A stretch of 64,000 nucleotides of DNA from an uncultured Bacteroidota bacterium (GTDB lineage Bacteria; Bacteroidota; Ignavibacteria; Palsa-1295), in assembly GCA_963702215.1 (NCBI GenBank), contig OY969726.1, forward strand, positions 1,681,533-1,745,532, written 5' to 3'. Shown here one piece after another: positions 9,397 through 19,275 of the stretch. The notes beneath the pieces are model-generated. The model was not told where the DNA came from. It did no database searches and was given only the letters and a program-made list of their open reading frames with translations. The position numbers and the translations under genes are program-made. Position 1 is the stretch's first letter. Every line of letters starts with the position of its first letter.

Positions 9397-10216
9397 TGTA
9401 AATCATCTCCAGTGCCAAGATAAAAATCACGACTGCAAAAATCCTTCGGAGCGTTTTTGGATCGGAACGTCCGAGAACTTTTACGCCCACGAGCGAGCCG
9501 CCGAGCACGCCGAGTACGACCGGCAATGCCAGAACAGGATCGATATAACCCCGGCTCAAATAAATTCCCGCGCTCGCCGCCGCCGTCACGCCGATCATAA
9601 AATTGCTTGTGGTCGTCGAAACTTTGAACGGAAGCTTCATCGCATGATCCATCGCGACGACTTTCACGGCCCCGCCGCCAATCCCAAGGAGGCCCGACAT
9701 GATTCCGGCAAACGCCGATATGCTAAACCCGCCCGCGACATTATGGACGCCATATTTCACCATCCGTCCCTCGTAGGGATATTCCGACGGCAGCTTGAGT
9801 TTTCGCGCGATCGGATCCGAGGTATGTTCCGGGTGATGCTCCAGGCGCGGCCGGCTGGACATCCAAGCAGAGTACAAGAGCATTACTCCGAAAATAATGG
9901 CGATAATGTCCGGCGAAAGAATCCCGGCGAGAAACGCGCCAATCAGCGCGCCAATCGTCGTCGCTATTTCGAGGAACATGCCGATGCGGATATTCGAATA
10001 GCCCTCTTTCACATACGCCGAAGCCGCACCCGACGAGGTAGCGATCACGCTTATGAGCGAGGCGCCGATCGCGTAGCGAATATTAACACCAAAGCCCAGC
10101 GTGAGAAGGGGAACGATAACGATGCCACCGCCCAGGCCGGTGAGTGAGCCCAGAAAACCGGCCAGCAGCGCTCCGCCGAAAAGAATGGCGTCAAATTCAG
10201 CAATGTTCAGGTGCAT
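9374..10216 (-). CDS. TSUP family (TauE/SafE) sulfite/anion exporter
   Basis: 280 aa polytopic protein with duplicated 4-TM halves and G-rich motifs (LTGLGGGIVIVPLL ... LLGIGGGAVKVVAM). Confidence 0.8.
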   Translation of the reverse strand: MHLNIAEFDAILFGGALLAGFLGSLTGLGGGIVIVPLLTLGFGVNIRYAIGASLISVIATSSGAASAYVKEGYSNIRIGMFLEIATTIGALIGAFLAGILSPDIIAIIFGVMLLYSAWMSSRPRLEHHPEHTSDPIARKLKLPSEYPYEGRMVKYGVHNVAGGFSISAFAGIMSGLLGIGGGAVKVVAMDHAMKLPFKVSTTTSNFMIGVTAAASAGIYLSRGYIDPVLALPVVLGVLGGSLVGVKVLGRSDPKTLRRIFAVVIFILALEMIYNGATGNI

Positions 10217-10401
10217 GAGCGGGCGCTACAACACCCAAGGTACAACTCTTTATCCCGACGCGCAAGGACAAGCTCCCGCTCGTCCCGGCGGGTTGGCAGC
10301 CACATCGGGTGCTGGACAAGCTGGAGCCGGGGCCTACACACGGCCTCTCTAAATTCTTATTTATGGCACTCTGAATTCATTCTGCTGTTGTTAGTAATTG
10401 G

Positions 10402-12027
10402 ATGCTCAGGCTTCGGCTCACCATATGGTACTCCGTGCTGGTCGTGCTCACGATTGGCGCAATTGGACTGTTCCAATATTACAAAATCCGGCAGTCACTC
10501 TTCCAGGCACTGGATGCCTCCCTTATAGACGATGCGAAAATTACGCTGACCCTCATCGCTACGCTTCCGCCGGAAGCCAATCCGCAGATGATCGTCCAAC
10601 ACGGCGAGGCCCATGAAGCCAATTCGCTCCGGGATTTGATTGACCAGGCGCTGCGCCGAGTTCCCGATACGCTGAAAGGACCCGCACTGGCGGACCGCGT
10701 CGTCAACGAGATCATTGATCAGGTCATAACAGAACTTTCCTTTGTCGATTCGACGGGCAAAACGGTCGATCCGCTCGACGCCATCGTCGAGCGGTCGGTT
10801 TCCAGCCGACGAAATAATCTCGTCGAAATCTATGCAATCGCGGAGGATAGCACGGGCCGGCGGCACGAGGAATCCTTCTTCCGAACGCCCAATCTTGGAT
10901 CCGATACGCTGATGCGGCTGGTGCGCGGCGCGCATTTGCACACCGAGTCCGATACAACGTCGGCCTATCATACAGTCACGATTCGGAAGGAGCACGTGCG
11001 TGTCGCTCGGGCGCATAACGCCCGATTCGATGTATATGTGGGCTATCCGGTGACGGATATCGAGCAGAGCCTTCGAAGCGTCCGATCCTCGTTCTATATC
11101 GGTATTCCGCTGGCGCTGGCGATTTCGATTTTCGGCGGACTCTGGTTCGCCCGAAAGGCTCTCAAGCCGATGGAGCGGATCGCCGATCAGGCTCGGGAGA
11201 TTACCGCGAAGAATCTTTCACAGCGCATCGATCTCCCCGGCAAAACGGACCGGGAACTCGTCCAACTCATCGGCACGCTGAATCTCATGTTCACCCGCCT
11301 CGAAAGTTCCTTCCAGCAGGTCACACAATTTACTTCCGACGCATCGCACGAGCTGAAAACGCCGCTCGCGATTATGAAGGGCGAAATAGAGCAGGCCGAA
11401 CGCCATCTGGATGCCGCGCAAGCTTTGGAACCCGAAGAATCCAGGGAAGTCCTGGCAAGCATTATGGAGGAAGTTGATCGAATGCAGCGCATTGTCGAAG
11501 GCCTGCTCATGCTTTCCCGCGCGGACGACCGCCGTTTGCCGCTTGCCAAGGAAACGATCAAGATTTACGATTATTTAAATTCCCTCTGCGAAGACGCCGA
11601 GATCCTGGCTGAAGAACGCGGCCTCACCCTTCGCGGCCGTCTCGATGAGCACGCTAAGTCGAAAGAGGTTTCGGCCGATGCCACGCGCTTATACCAGGTA
11701 GTAATGAATCTGGTCGATAACGCGCTCAAATATACGCCGGCCGGTGGCAAGGTTACGCTGTTCCTGAATGGCGAGGGCCATCAAGTCCACTTCGGCGTGT
11801 CCGATACCGGCATTGGGATTGCGAAGGAAGAGTTACCAAAAGTCTTCCGAAGATTTTACCGAACCGATGAAGCCCGGACCGGCCCCCACGGCGATGGCGA
11901 ACGTTCTCTTGGCCTCGGGCTCGCCATCGTCAAATCCATCGTCGAAGCCCACGGCGGAACAATCGGCGTCGAAAGCGAGCTCGGCCGCGGTACCCGATTT
12001 ACGATCACGATGCCGTCGATGAATTAG
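10402..12027 (+). CDS. sensor histidine kinase (two TM segments, HAMP, HisKA and HATPase_c domains)
   Basis: H-box SHELKTPLA; N, G1 and G2 boxes (LVDNALKYT, SDTGIGI, GLGLAIVK). No response-regulator gene is adjacent. Confidence 0.85.
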   Translation: MLRLRLTIWYSVLVVLTIGAIGLFQYYKIRQSLFQALDASLIDDAKITLTLIATLPPEANPQMIVQHGEAHEANSLRDLIDQALRRVPDTLKGPALADRVVNEIIDQVITELSFVDSTGKTVDPLDAIVERSVSSRRNNLVEIYAIAEDSTGRRHEESFFRTPNLGSDTLMRLVRGAHLHTESDTTSAYHTVTIRKEHVRVARAHNARFDVYVGYPVTDIEQSLRSVRSSFYIGIPLALAISIFGGLWFARKALKPMERIADQAREITAKNLSQRIDLPGKTDRELVQLIGTLNLMFTRLESSFQQVTQFTSDASHELKTPLAIMKGEIEQAERHLDAAQALEPEESREVLASIMEEVDRMQRIVEGLLMLSRADDRRLPLAKETIKIYDYLNSLCEDAEILAEERGLTLRGRLDEHAKSKEVSADATRLYQVVMNLVDNALKYTPAGGKVTLFLNGEGHQVHFGVSDTGIGIAKEELPKVFRRFYRTDEARTGPHGDGERSLGLGLAIVKSIVEAHGGTIGVESELGRGTRFTITMPSMN

Positions 12028-12049
12028 GCTTTTTATTTCCACGTTCCGA

Positions 12050-12070
12050 CCCGCCGCGGCGGGTTAATTC
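12050..12070 (+). terminator. perfect 14-nt GC palindrome CCCGCCGCGGCGGG downstream of the histidine kinase
   Basis: The hairpin lies 22 nt after the kinase stop, but it is followed by TTAATTCGGTTT rather than a clean U-tract. Confidence 0.35.
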
Positions 12071-12280
12071 GGTTTAAGACTCGGAAAAACAGGAATTCCT
12101 CGTGCGCGGTAATAGTTAGCCGATGCAGAGAACGCTTCTGCACCAAAGACCCACGCAATCACTTACGTTTTTTTGCATGATTCTTTTTATAGTACTTCCG
12201 TGTTAAACCGGGCAACCGTGGGAACCTCGGATGATTCATCATCCCGTTCCCGCGTATTCGAAGCAGCTTTTACCTTCGCG

Positions 12281-12688
12281 ATGAGCGGCGCACTTCTTCT
12301 GGCGTCTGCTTCACTCATGAGTCATTCGTTAGCGGCACGTCCGCGTCAGGGTCCGCCGATTCCGGGAGCGGTGGTGGTTTCGGGAACGTTTGTTGTTCCC
12401 GATCAGCATCGCGGCCCCGCGCCGAGGATTGTTCATGTCGATCCGCGGCCATTCACTCCGGTCTCGGCACCGGCGGTCTCGGGGCCGGGTGTCGCCAGGC
12501 CGGCGGTTTCCGCCCCGATAGTTTCATCGCCTGGGGTTCCAGTCGAGCGTATGGAGCCATTGCGGATCGATCCGGCGGAGCGTCAGCAAATCGTGGCGCG
12601 CCATGCCGATGAGATGAAGCGCGAGCATTGCCTTCGCAAGCTCGAAGCACGCCAGCGGGCACTGCGCGAGCGTAACGCAAACCATTGA
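12281..12688 (+). CDS. secreted proline/valine-rich hypothetical protein
   Basis: The signal-peptide-like 'MSGALLLASASLMSHSLAARP' is followed by low-complexity PV-rich sequence. The ORF could begin at 12173. Confidence 0.3.
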   Translation: MSGALLLASASLMSHSLAARPRQGPPIPGAVVVSGTFVVPDQHRGPAPRIVHVDPRPFTPVSAPAVSGPGVARPAVSAPIVSSPGVPVERMEPLRIDPAERQQIVARHADEMKREHCLRKLEARQRALRERNANH

Positions 12689-12936
12689 ACTCCACGGGTC
12701 GCCGACGCCCGGACGCCGCCCCGCGGGGCGAGAACCATACGGGTCGAAAGCCCTTCGATATTTGCTGAAAGACGCCTGCCCCGAAGAAAATAAATAATTT
12801 GGAAACAGGCGGAACTTCGGCATGAATCGTGCGGTTGTATTTTTTTACAAGAAGCAAAGTGTGAGACTTATAGATGTAGGCGGGTTCCATTTAGGCCGTT
12901 TGTATCTAAAGTCAAGGTGAGAGAAAAGACACTGTT

Positions 12937-12977
12937 GGCCTCATCGGAGCAATCCGGTGAGGCCGCAGTGTTTTTTA
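12937..12977 (+). terminator. rho-independent terminator with no annotated upstream gene
   Basis: GGCCTCA-N14-TGAGGCC followed by GCAGTGTTTTTTAT. The nearest plus-strand CDS ends about 250 nt upstream. Confidence 0.5.
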
Positions 12978-13135
12978 TACGTGGCGAATCTGTAATGGAG
13001 ATGAGCAATCGCTTCGGTCAACACGGAAGAGTAATTTGCCGCAACCATTTGGCAAGCGCGGGCGTGGCTCTAGGAGTCACCGCGGGCCATGAAGCATCTC
13101 GGCAGCGGGCTTACCGCGGAAAATGGTTGTAGCCT

Positions 13136-13531
13136 TCACGAGTCGAAAAGCAGGCGCGAAAAACGATTGCGCCGCCGGTAGGGCGCCCTTCGGAAACGCA
13201 CTTCCCTACCCGAGAGAAGCTGGAATTCCCGCTGCATCCGAAGCCGCTCTGCGAAGGACCATTCCGCCTCCGGCTCGAAACGCACGCTAAGATGCGGATC
13301 GGCCGCCGGCAAATCCACTGTCTGGTCACGATCGAGCGATAGCTCATCCACGCGCCAGCGGCGGCAAAATTCTGATATATTTTCGGCTGTAAGGTCGAGT
13401 TCGGATTGCATGGATTCCATTATGTAAAATCGGATTTCAGACCGTTGAAAAAATAGATTGGAAAAATGCCCTAACGCCTTCGGAATGGCCACGCAATTCT
13501 GCAAGAATACGTGGGCAAATGCAGTGAGCAA
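13136..13531 (-). CDS. hypothetical protein (the start is probably the internal MESMQ at 13420)
   Basis: ORF only, with no recognisable motif. Confidence 0.3.
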   Translation of the reverse strand: MLTAFAHVFLQNCVAIPKALGHFSNLFFQRSEIRFYIMESMQSELDLTAENISEFCRRWRVDELSLDRDQTVDLPAADPHLSVRFEPEAEWSFAERLRMQREFQLLSGREVRFRRAPYRRRNRFSRLLFDS

Positions 13532-13547
13532 TTTCTATTCCGTTCGA

Positions 13548-13739
13548 TTATGGGATGTTCACACCTCGTTTTTCGAGGGCGCGGCGTGTTCGATTCTCTC
13601 GGTACTGCCGCCCAATCTTTTCCCAGATGGCGGTCATCCAAATGATGCCGACGAACGTAATGACGAGAAGGCCGGCTGCGAAAACGATCAGGAATATCAG
13701 AATTTCTCGTGCTATCATACCCTCCTTCCCAACCAACAT
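13548..13739 (-). CDS. small single-TM hypothetical protein
   Basis: 63 aa with one hydrophobic helix and a basic C-terminal tail. Confidence 0.3.
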   Translation of the reverse strand: MLVGKEGMIAREILIFLIVFAAGLLVITFVGIIWMTAIWEKIGRQYRENRTRRALEKRGVNIP

Positions 13740-13897
13740 TAGCCCGACGAGCTGGCTTTTCCTGGAAAGAAAGCGTTGGCTGAGAAAGAAGTAAGATTGC
13801 CGGAATGGCCTAAAGAGCTTCTTTTTAGAATGACGAAAACATAATTAAATCGAGAGTGGAACGGAAGGTCAGATCCATCAGTTATAACTTATACATT

Positions 13898-14284
13898 ATG
13901 AGTCGTCCGTTTGCAACACCGAGTATTTACATGGCTATCGCGGATCCGAACCGGCGGGTCCTGCTCGATCTGCTGGCGAGTGGGGAACAGCCCGTTCGCG
14001 AGCTCCATGCGCGCGTCCGGCTGTCGCAGCCGGCGCTGTCGCAGCATTTGAAAGTCCTGCGCGATGTGGGCCTGGTGCGCCAACGCCGCGCGGGACGCGA
14101 ACGAATTTATGCACTCAATCCGAAGCCGCTCAAGGAAATATCGGACTGGGTGAAACACTATGAAGCATTTTGGGAACAAAAACTCGCCGCGCTGGGAGAG
14201 CACCTCGATCGCGCGGCGGGCAGGAGAGGGCATGCAATGAGCAATCATTCCATGAGCGATCCTGCTTCGAGATCGAAGAAATAA
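13898..14284 (+). CDS. ArsR/SmtB family transcriptional regulator
   Basis: HTH region 'RRVLLDLLASGEQPVRELHARVRLSQPALSQHLKVLRDVGLV'. The start was chosen at MSRP; the ORF extends to 13856. Confidence 0.8.
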   Translation: MSRPFATPSIYMAIADPNRRVLLDLLASGEQPVRELHARVRLSQPALSQHLKVLRDVGLVRQRRAGRERIYALNPKPLKEISDWVKHYEAFWEQKLAALGEHLDRAAGRRGHAMSNHSMSDPASRSKK

Positions 14285-14315
14285 CGATCATTTTCACACA
14301 AACCAAAGTCACAAT

Positions 14316-14807
14316 ATGCAAGAGAAGACTACCATTGAAAAACACCAAAACTTAGGAGTTCTCACGGCAAGGCAAAAAGATCTCATATACAGCATCAAAG
14401 CCGGCATAACTCCCGCGGAAGCAACCGAAAAAATCAGCCGCGTCTCCGAATGGTGGGGAAGAAATATCGAGGGCATCTCTCGGAAGCAGGGAGATGTTTT
14501 TACCTATCATGCCGGCAACACTTGGGTCACCTTTAAAATAGCGGAAGTCATACCAGATAAAAAAATTGTGTGGCATGTTACGGATTGCAATCTGCACTGG
14601 ATCCATGACAAAAAAGAATGGAAGGACACTAGCATCGTCTGGGATATCGCCGGCAACGGCGAGGTAACGCAAATCCATTTCACACACCTGGGCTTAGTTC
14701 CAGGAATGGAATGCTACAACGACTGCGAAAAAGGCTGGAGCGATTACATTCAACAAAGCCTCTTTCAATTTCTTACGAAGGACAAAGGGCTTCCAGATAA
14801 ATTTTAA
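14316..14807 (+). CDS. SRPBCC superfamily protein (AHSA1/Aha1-like domain)
   Basis: 163 aa. ArsR regulators are typically followed by SRPBCC genes, and this one has a conserved core. Confidence 0.7.
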   Translation: MQEKTTIEKHQNLGVLTARQKDLIYSIKAGITPAEATEKISRVSEWWGRNIEGISRKQGDVFTYHAGNTWVTFKIAEVIPDKKIVWHVTDCNLHWIHDKKEWKDTSIVWDIAGNGEVTQIHFTHLGLVPGMECYNDCEKGWSDYIQQSLFQFLTKDKGLPDKF

Positions 14808-14840
14808 CATCCGCTCATTTATTTAAAACCAAAATACACT

Positions 14841-15293
14841 ATGCAAGAAACGATTACGATAGAAAAACAATATCCATACAGCGTGGACGAAGTTTGGAAC
14901 GCGCTTACGGATGCCGAGTCGCTCGGCGAATGGCTTATGAAGAATAACTTCGAGCCACGCATCGGACACGTCTTCCAATTTAGCTACGTCATGGACGGCA
15001 AACGGGTCATCATCGACTGCAAAGTCCTGGAAGTGAAGCGACCGAGCAAGCTTTCCTATACCTGGACGTTGGATCCCATTCAGAAGGCGGGGGCTGATCT
15101 GGGCGGAGCCGATACCATTGTCACCTGGTCGCTCGAAGCAGCGAGCGGTGGGACGAAGCTTCTCCTCGAACATTCCGGCTTTGACAGCGAGAAGGATGAG
15201 CAAATCTTTAACGCGCTCTCCGGCGGCTGGAAGCAAAAACTCGACGAAGTGCTTCCGGCGTCCATCGAAAAACGACAGAGCGTTGCTGCGTAA
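14841..15293 (+). CDS. SRPBCC superfamily protein (AHSA1/Aha1-like domain)
   Basis: 150 aa with 'YSVDEVWNALTDAESLGEWLM...', the canonical Aha1-domain N-terminus. Confidence 0.75.
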   Translation: MQETITIEKQYPYSVDEVWNALTDAESLGEWLMKNNFEPRIGHVFQFSYVMDGKRVIIDCKVLEVKRPSKLSYTWTLDPIQKAGADLGGADTIVTWSLEAASGGTKLLLEHSGFDSEKDEQIFNALSGGWKQKLDEVLPASIEKRQSVAA

Positions 15294-15368
15294 TTCAGGA
15301 CAGGAATCGCGAATGACAACGGGGTAGCCTTGGCTCGTTTGTAGAATCGCGAATGTAATGGGAATTTT

Positions 15369-15421
15369 AAGCTCCGTTAGGAGCGGCCCTCGGTCGCTCC
15401 CAACGGAGCTTTATTTTTTTG
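15369..15421 (+). terminator. rho-independent terminator
   Basis: AAGCTCCGTT-(inner GGAGCG..CGCTCC hairpin)-AACGGAGCTT followed by TATTTTTTT. It lies 75 nt after the SRPBCC stop. Confidence 0.6.
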
Positions 15422-15522
15422 TCTTCTTGGTTCTGCAATCGAGCTGGCTCTGACGGAGCTATCATCCGACACGAATTGGAAAGAATCGGTGAGTTTTCCA
15501 TGATTCGGTTGTTATTGAAAAT

Positions 15523-16944
15523 ATGAAGTATCCTTCAATCCTGCTTCTCTGCCTTGTACCGATATCGGCAACGGCCAAAACCTGGCTCGTCGGCCCCACG
15601 CATCCAAACACCGCACCGAGCGCGGTCGCCTCGCTCGTCTCCGATGGCGATACCGTGCTCATCGACTCCGGCCTGTACATTGGCGATGTGGCCACGTGGT
15701 CGAAAAGCAATCTGGTTTTGCGATGTCCGGATGGCATGGCGCGGTTCGATGCTGCGGGAAACATCGCGGACACGAAGGGCATTTGGGTGATGTACGGGAA
15801 TAATACCTACGTGGAAGGCTTCGAATTTTACGGCGCGGCGATTTCTTTCAACGATGGCAATAACGGTGCGGGCATCCGCGTGCAGGGCGATGGCTTTACG
15901 TGCCGCCGCTGCTACTTTCATAGCAATCAGGAAGGCATTCTGACCGGCAACGATACGGCGAACGACAACATACTAATCGAATCCTGCATCTTCGATTCTA
16001 ATGGCGTCGAGGGAACGGAGAATGGCGGTTGGCAGCATAATATCTACATCGGTGAATCGAGCAGCTGCACGATAGAGTTCTGCTATTTCCATCACGCAAT
16101 GGTGGGACACGAGCTGAAATGCCGCGCGAACCGAAGCTATATTCTCTATAATTATATTGTCGATGGGCCGGTGAGCGATGCGAGCCTTTCGATCGATATT
16201 CCGCAGGGCGGCCTTGCCATTGTGATGGGCAATATTATCGAAAAAGGACCGATGACGGAAAATTCCACCGTCATCGGATATGGCGAAGAGGGATTTAAAA
16301 ATCCCGACACGGATTTTTATTTCGTCTATAATACTATTGTGACTGATCGCAATCCGACAACCTTATTTGAAATAGCAACAGGAACGAAGATCGCATACGT
16401 CTCGAATAATATTTTTGCAGGCACTACGCATCCCATCGTCGGTTTTACGGATACCGGCAGAAACGTAATGAGTACTGACACGGCGTTCTTCCATTTTGCC
16501 GATCCACTGAATTACGATTATCATTTCAGGTCCTTCCCCGGTTTCGATAGGGCCTCGAACCCGATCAACGTGGACGGATTTACACTTGCACCCATCTGGG
16601 AATACGCCGATCCTGAAGATAGCACGCCGAGAAATAATTATTATGAAATTGGTGCCTTTGAAGATAAGTTTGCGCTTTCAGTCGCTCCACAAGTAACGTA
16701 TCCTGAAATAACAAACTATCCAAATCCTTTCAGTTCCCAAACAACGATTTCCTTGCCCAACGGCATTTCTGGTTCCCTCCAGTTATCCAACGAATGTGGA
16801 AACCGAATAGAGGCTGCAACGCATCCGGATCAGAACGGCCTCGTCTTCGAGCGCGGGAATTTGCCGGCGGGAATTTATTTTTATCGCATTACTGCCGCCG
16901 ACGGCAAAGAACAGTTCGGCGGTAACTTTGTGATTGCACCCTGA
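15523..16944 (+). CDS. secreted right-handed parallel beta-helix (pectate-lyase-like fold) protein with a T9SS C-terminal sorting domain
   Basis: Signal peptide, PbH1-type repeats (NIYIG…, CYFH…) and a C-terminal 'NYPNPFSSQTTISL…GIYFYRI' module typical of Por/T9SS CTDs. Confidence 0.75.
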   Translation: MKYPSILLLCLVPISATAKTWLVGPTHPNTAPSAVASLVSDGDTVLIDSGLYIGDVATWSKSNLVLRCPDGMARFDAAGNIADTKGIWVMYGNNTYVEGFEFYGAAISFNDGNNGAGIRVQGDGFTCRRCYFHSNQEGILTGNDTANDNILIESCIFDSNGVEGTENGGWQHNIYIGESSSCTIEFCYFHHAMVGHELKCRANRSYILYNYIVDGPVSDASLSIDIPQGGLAIVMGNIIEKGPMTENSTVIGYGEEGFKNPDTDFYFVYNTIVTDRNPTTLFEIATGTKIAYVSNNIFAGTTHPIVGFTDTGRNVMSTDTAFFHFADPLNYDYHFRSFPGFDRASNPINVDGFTLAPIWEYADPEDSTPRNNYYEIGAFEDKFALSVAPQVTYPEITNYPNPFSSQTTISLPNGISGSLQLSNECGNRIEAATHPDQNGLVFERGNLPAGIYFYRITAADGKEQFGGNFVIAP

Positions 16945-16962
16945 ACCAAACCGGATTCATCG

Positions 16963-18393
16963 ATGAAGGCCACCCTTATTTTTTTTCTTCTCCTTTCGCC
17001 GCTTCCGTCCTCGGCCAAAACGTGGCTCGTCGGCGCAACGCGGCAATACAAAGTTCCGAGCGCCGTCGCTTCGCTTGTTTCGAATGGGGATACCGTGCTC
17101 GTCGATTCCGGCTCGTACACGGGCGATGTGAGTGTTTGGAACGCGAGCAATCTCGTCCTTCGCTGCCCCGATGGCATGGCGCGCTTCGATGCAAACGGCA
17201 ACATCGCACAGCAGAAGGGAATTTTTGTTATTTACGGCGATAACGATTACATGGAAGGCTTCAAACTCTTCGGCGCAGCGATTTCCGAAGCCAACGGCGA
17301 TAATGGCGCGGGCATTCGCATGCAGGGCCACGGCTTCACCGTACGCCGATGCTATATCCACGATAACCAGGATGGTATCCTTACCGGCATCGGCAGCGAC
17401 ACTACCAACAATATCCTGATCGAGGCGTGCGAATTTTATCATAATGGTGTTGAATCGGGTTCCGCGGCCGGGTACGAGCATAATATCTATATCGGCCATT
17501 GTGCAAGCCTGACGGTGAAATTCTGCTATTTCCACGGCTCGGTGCAAGGGCACGAACTCAAGACGCGCGCCAGCAGGAATTATATTCTCTATAACAAAAT
17601 CGTGGACGGGCAAACCGGCGATGGAAGCTTTTCGATCGATATTCCGAATGGCGGCTTAAGCTATGTGATTGGGAACGCAATCGAGAAGGGGCCGATGAAT
17701 GTGAATCATACGGTTACAATTGATTATGGTGGAGAAGGCATAATCAATGGCGATTCGGAATTCTATTTCGTGAACAACACGGTAGTGACGGACCGAGCGG
17801 CTACTACGCTTTTTCATCTTCAACCGGGAGCTACTGCGCTCATCGCCAACAATATTTTCGCGGGACAGATAAGCGGCTTCGCGAATTCCGATGCAACTAC
17901 GCCTGATACGGAGGCGAACGTCGAATCGCTGGATACGGCGTTCTTCCATTTTCGCAATGTGATTGGTTATGATTACTATCCGGTATCGAATTTCCCTGGA
18001 CTTCGGAGCGCCATTTTAATGGCGACCAATGGCGTGTTACCCGTACCACTGGTAGAATATGTCGATCCGCTCGATAGCGCCGCTCGGCCGTGGGAGAATC
18101 AGGTGGGTGCATTCAATGAAATCGGGGGCGCCGGTGTTGCAAATATCGTTCCCTCCTGTCCGCAACTGGCAAATTATCCAAATCCCTTCTCGCGCGAAAC
18201 GACGCTCGAAGGCCCTTCCGGGCGGCTCGCCCTGTTCGATGCCTCCGGCAACCGGCAAACAATCGCGTATCATCAAACGCAGGACGGGCTTGTTCTCGAG
18301 CGCGGCAGTCTGCCTGCCGGCATTTATTTCTACGGCATTACTTCGCTTTCCGGCGGCACGATTGCCAAGGGTTCGCTGGTTATCCGCAATTGA
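16963..18393 (+). CDS. paralogous secreted beta-helix protein with a T9SS C-terminal sorting domain
   Basis: ~55-60% identical to the preceding gene by eye along the whole length, with the same N-terminus (AKTWLVG…VASLVS.GDTVL.DSG.Y) and CTD (NYPNPFSRETTL…GIYFYGI). Confidence 0.75.
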   Translation: MKATLIFFLLLSPLPSSAKTWLVGATRQYKVPSAVASLVSNGDTVLVDSGSYTGDVSVWNASNLVLRCPDGMARFDANGNIAQQKGIFVIYGDNDYMEGFKLFGAAISEANGDNGAGIRMQGHGFTVRRCYIHDNQDGILTGIGSDTTNNILIEACEFYHNGVESGSAAGYEHNIYIGHCASLTVKFCYFHGSVQGHELKTRASRNYILYNKIVDGQTGDGSFSIDIPNGGLSYVIGNAIEKGPMNVNHTVTIDYGGEGIINGDSEFYFVNNTVVTDRAATTLFHLQPGATALIANNIFAGQISGFANSDATTPDTEANVESLDTAFFHFRNVIGYDYYPVSNFPGLRSAILMATNGVLPVPLVEYVDPLDSAARPWENQVGAFNEIGGAGVANIVPSCPQLANYPNPFSRETTLEGPSGRLALFDASGNRQTIAYHQTQDGLVLERGSLPAGIYFYGITSLSGGTIAKGSLVIRN

Positions 18394-19259
18394 TGCGGAA
18401 GACTGTCCTCGTTCTCGCTGTACTCCCCATCGCGGTTACCCTCACGCGCGCACAGCCGGCGCGGACGGATTCCGCGACCGTGCTCGGTGTTGCTGCAGCT
18501 TCGCTAATTCCGGCATCGCTCATTTCGGCGATTATCGTTTTGAATCAGGAAGCGTTTTGGAAATACGCGAGAGAAGTTCCGTTCCACGTTTCGAACGATC
18601 CGCCCTATGCAATGCACATCGATAAGTTCTCACATTTCTACGGGTCGATGGCGGGCTCCTCGCTCATGAGTTATGGATATGAGCGGGCGGGACTCTCGCA
18701 GCAAACATCCGTTTGGCTTGGCGCCGGTCTTACCTTTGCGGCAGGATTTGCCATCGAAATGGAGGATGCCCGGCACGGCGACGATCCGGAATACGGCTTC
18801 TCTCCGGGCGATCTTGGCGGCGATATTCTCGGCTCATCGCTTCCGATCCTGCGATACTATTTCCCCGTTGTGGAACGGTTCCAGGCCAAGCTGAGCATTT
18901 GGCCCTCGGAAGCCTACAAAACCGGGGTTTATAAATCTATTACGGACGATTACGAGAGCCAGTATTACTGGCTCTGCTTCGATCTCCATGGCTGGACGCC
19001 GTTGCCTCCGTGGCTTAACGTCGCCTTCGGCTTCAGCGCGGAGAATTTACTCAGGCCATCGAATGGACTTGGCTACCAGTTGCCGCCGCCCACGGGAATT
19101 CCTTACACCGATGTTTATTTCGGGCCGGATATAAATTTAAGAGGCATTCCGATCCGTGGGTGGTTCTGGGATGGGCTGACGAGTGTGCTCGCGTATGTTC
19201 GCATCCCACTTCCGGCGCTTCAGTTTTATCCGAGAATGAAATTTTGGTGGCTGCGATAA
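18390..19259 (+). CDS. secreted/membrane-associated hypothetical protein, DUF2279-like
   Basis: Signal peptide. The start has an ATGA overlap with the upstream beta-helix gene. The DUF2279 assignment rests on memory of 'DKFSHFYGS…' and is tentative. Confidence 0.45.
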   Translation: MMRKTVLVLAVLPIAVTLTRAQPARTDSATVLGVAAASLIPASLISAIIVLNQEAFWKYAREVPFHVSNDPPYAMHIDKFSHFYGSMAGSSLMSYGYERAGLSQQTSVWLGAGLTFAAGFAIEMEDARHGDDPEYGFSPGDLGGDILGSSLPILRYYFPVVERFQAKLSIWPSEAYKTGVYKSITDDYESQYYWLCFDLHGWTPLPPWLNVAFGFSAENLLRPSNGLGYQLPPPTGIPYTDVYFGPDINLRGIPIRGWFWDGLTSVLAYVRIPLPALQFYPRMKFWWLR

Positions 19260-19275
19260 TGTATTCAGCGGTGGA

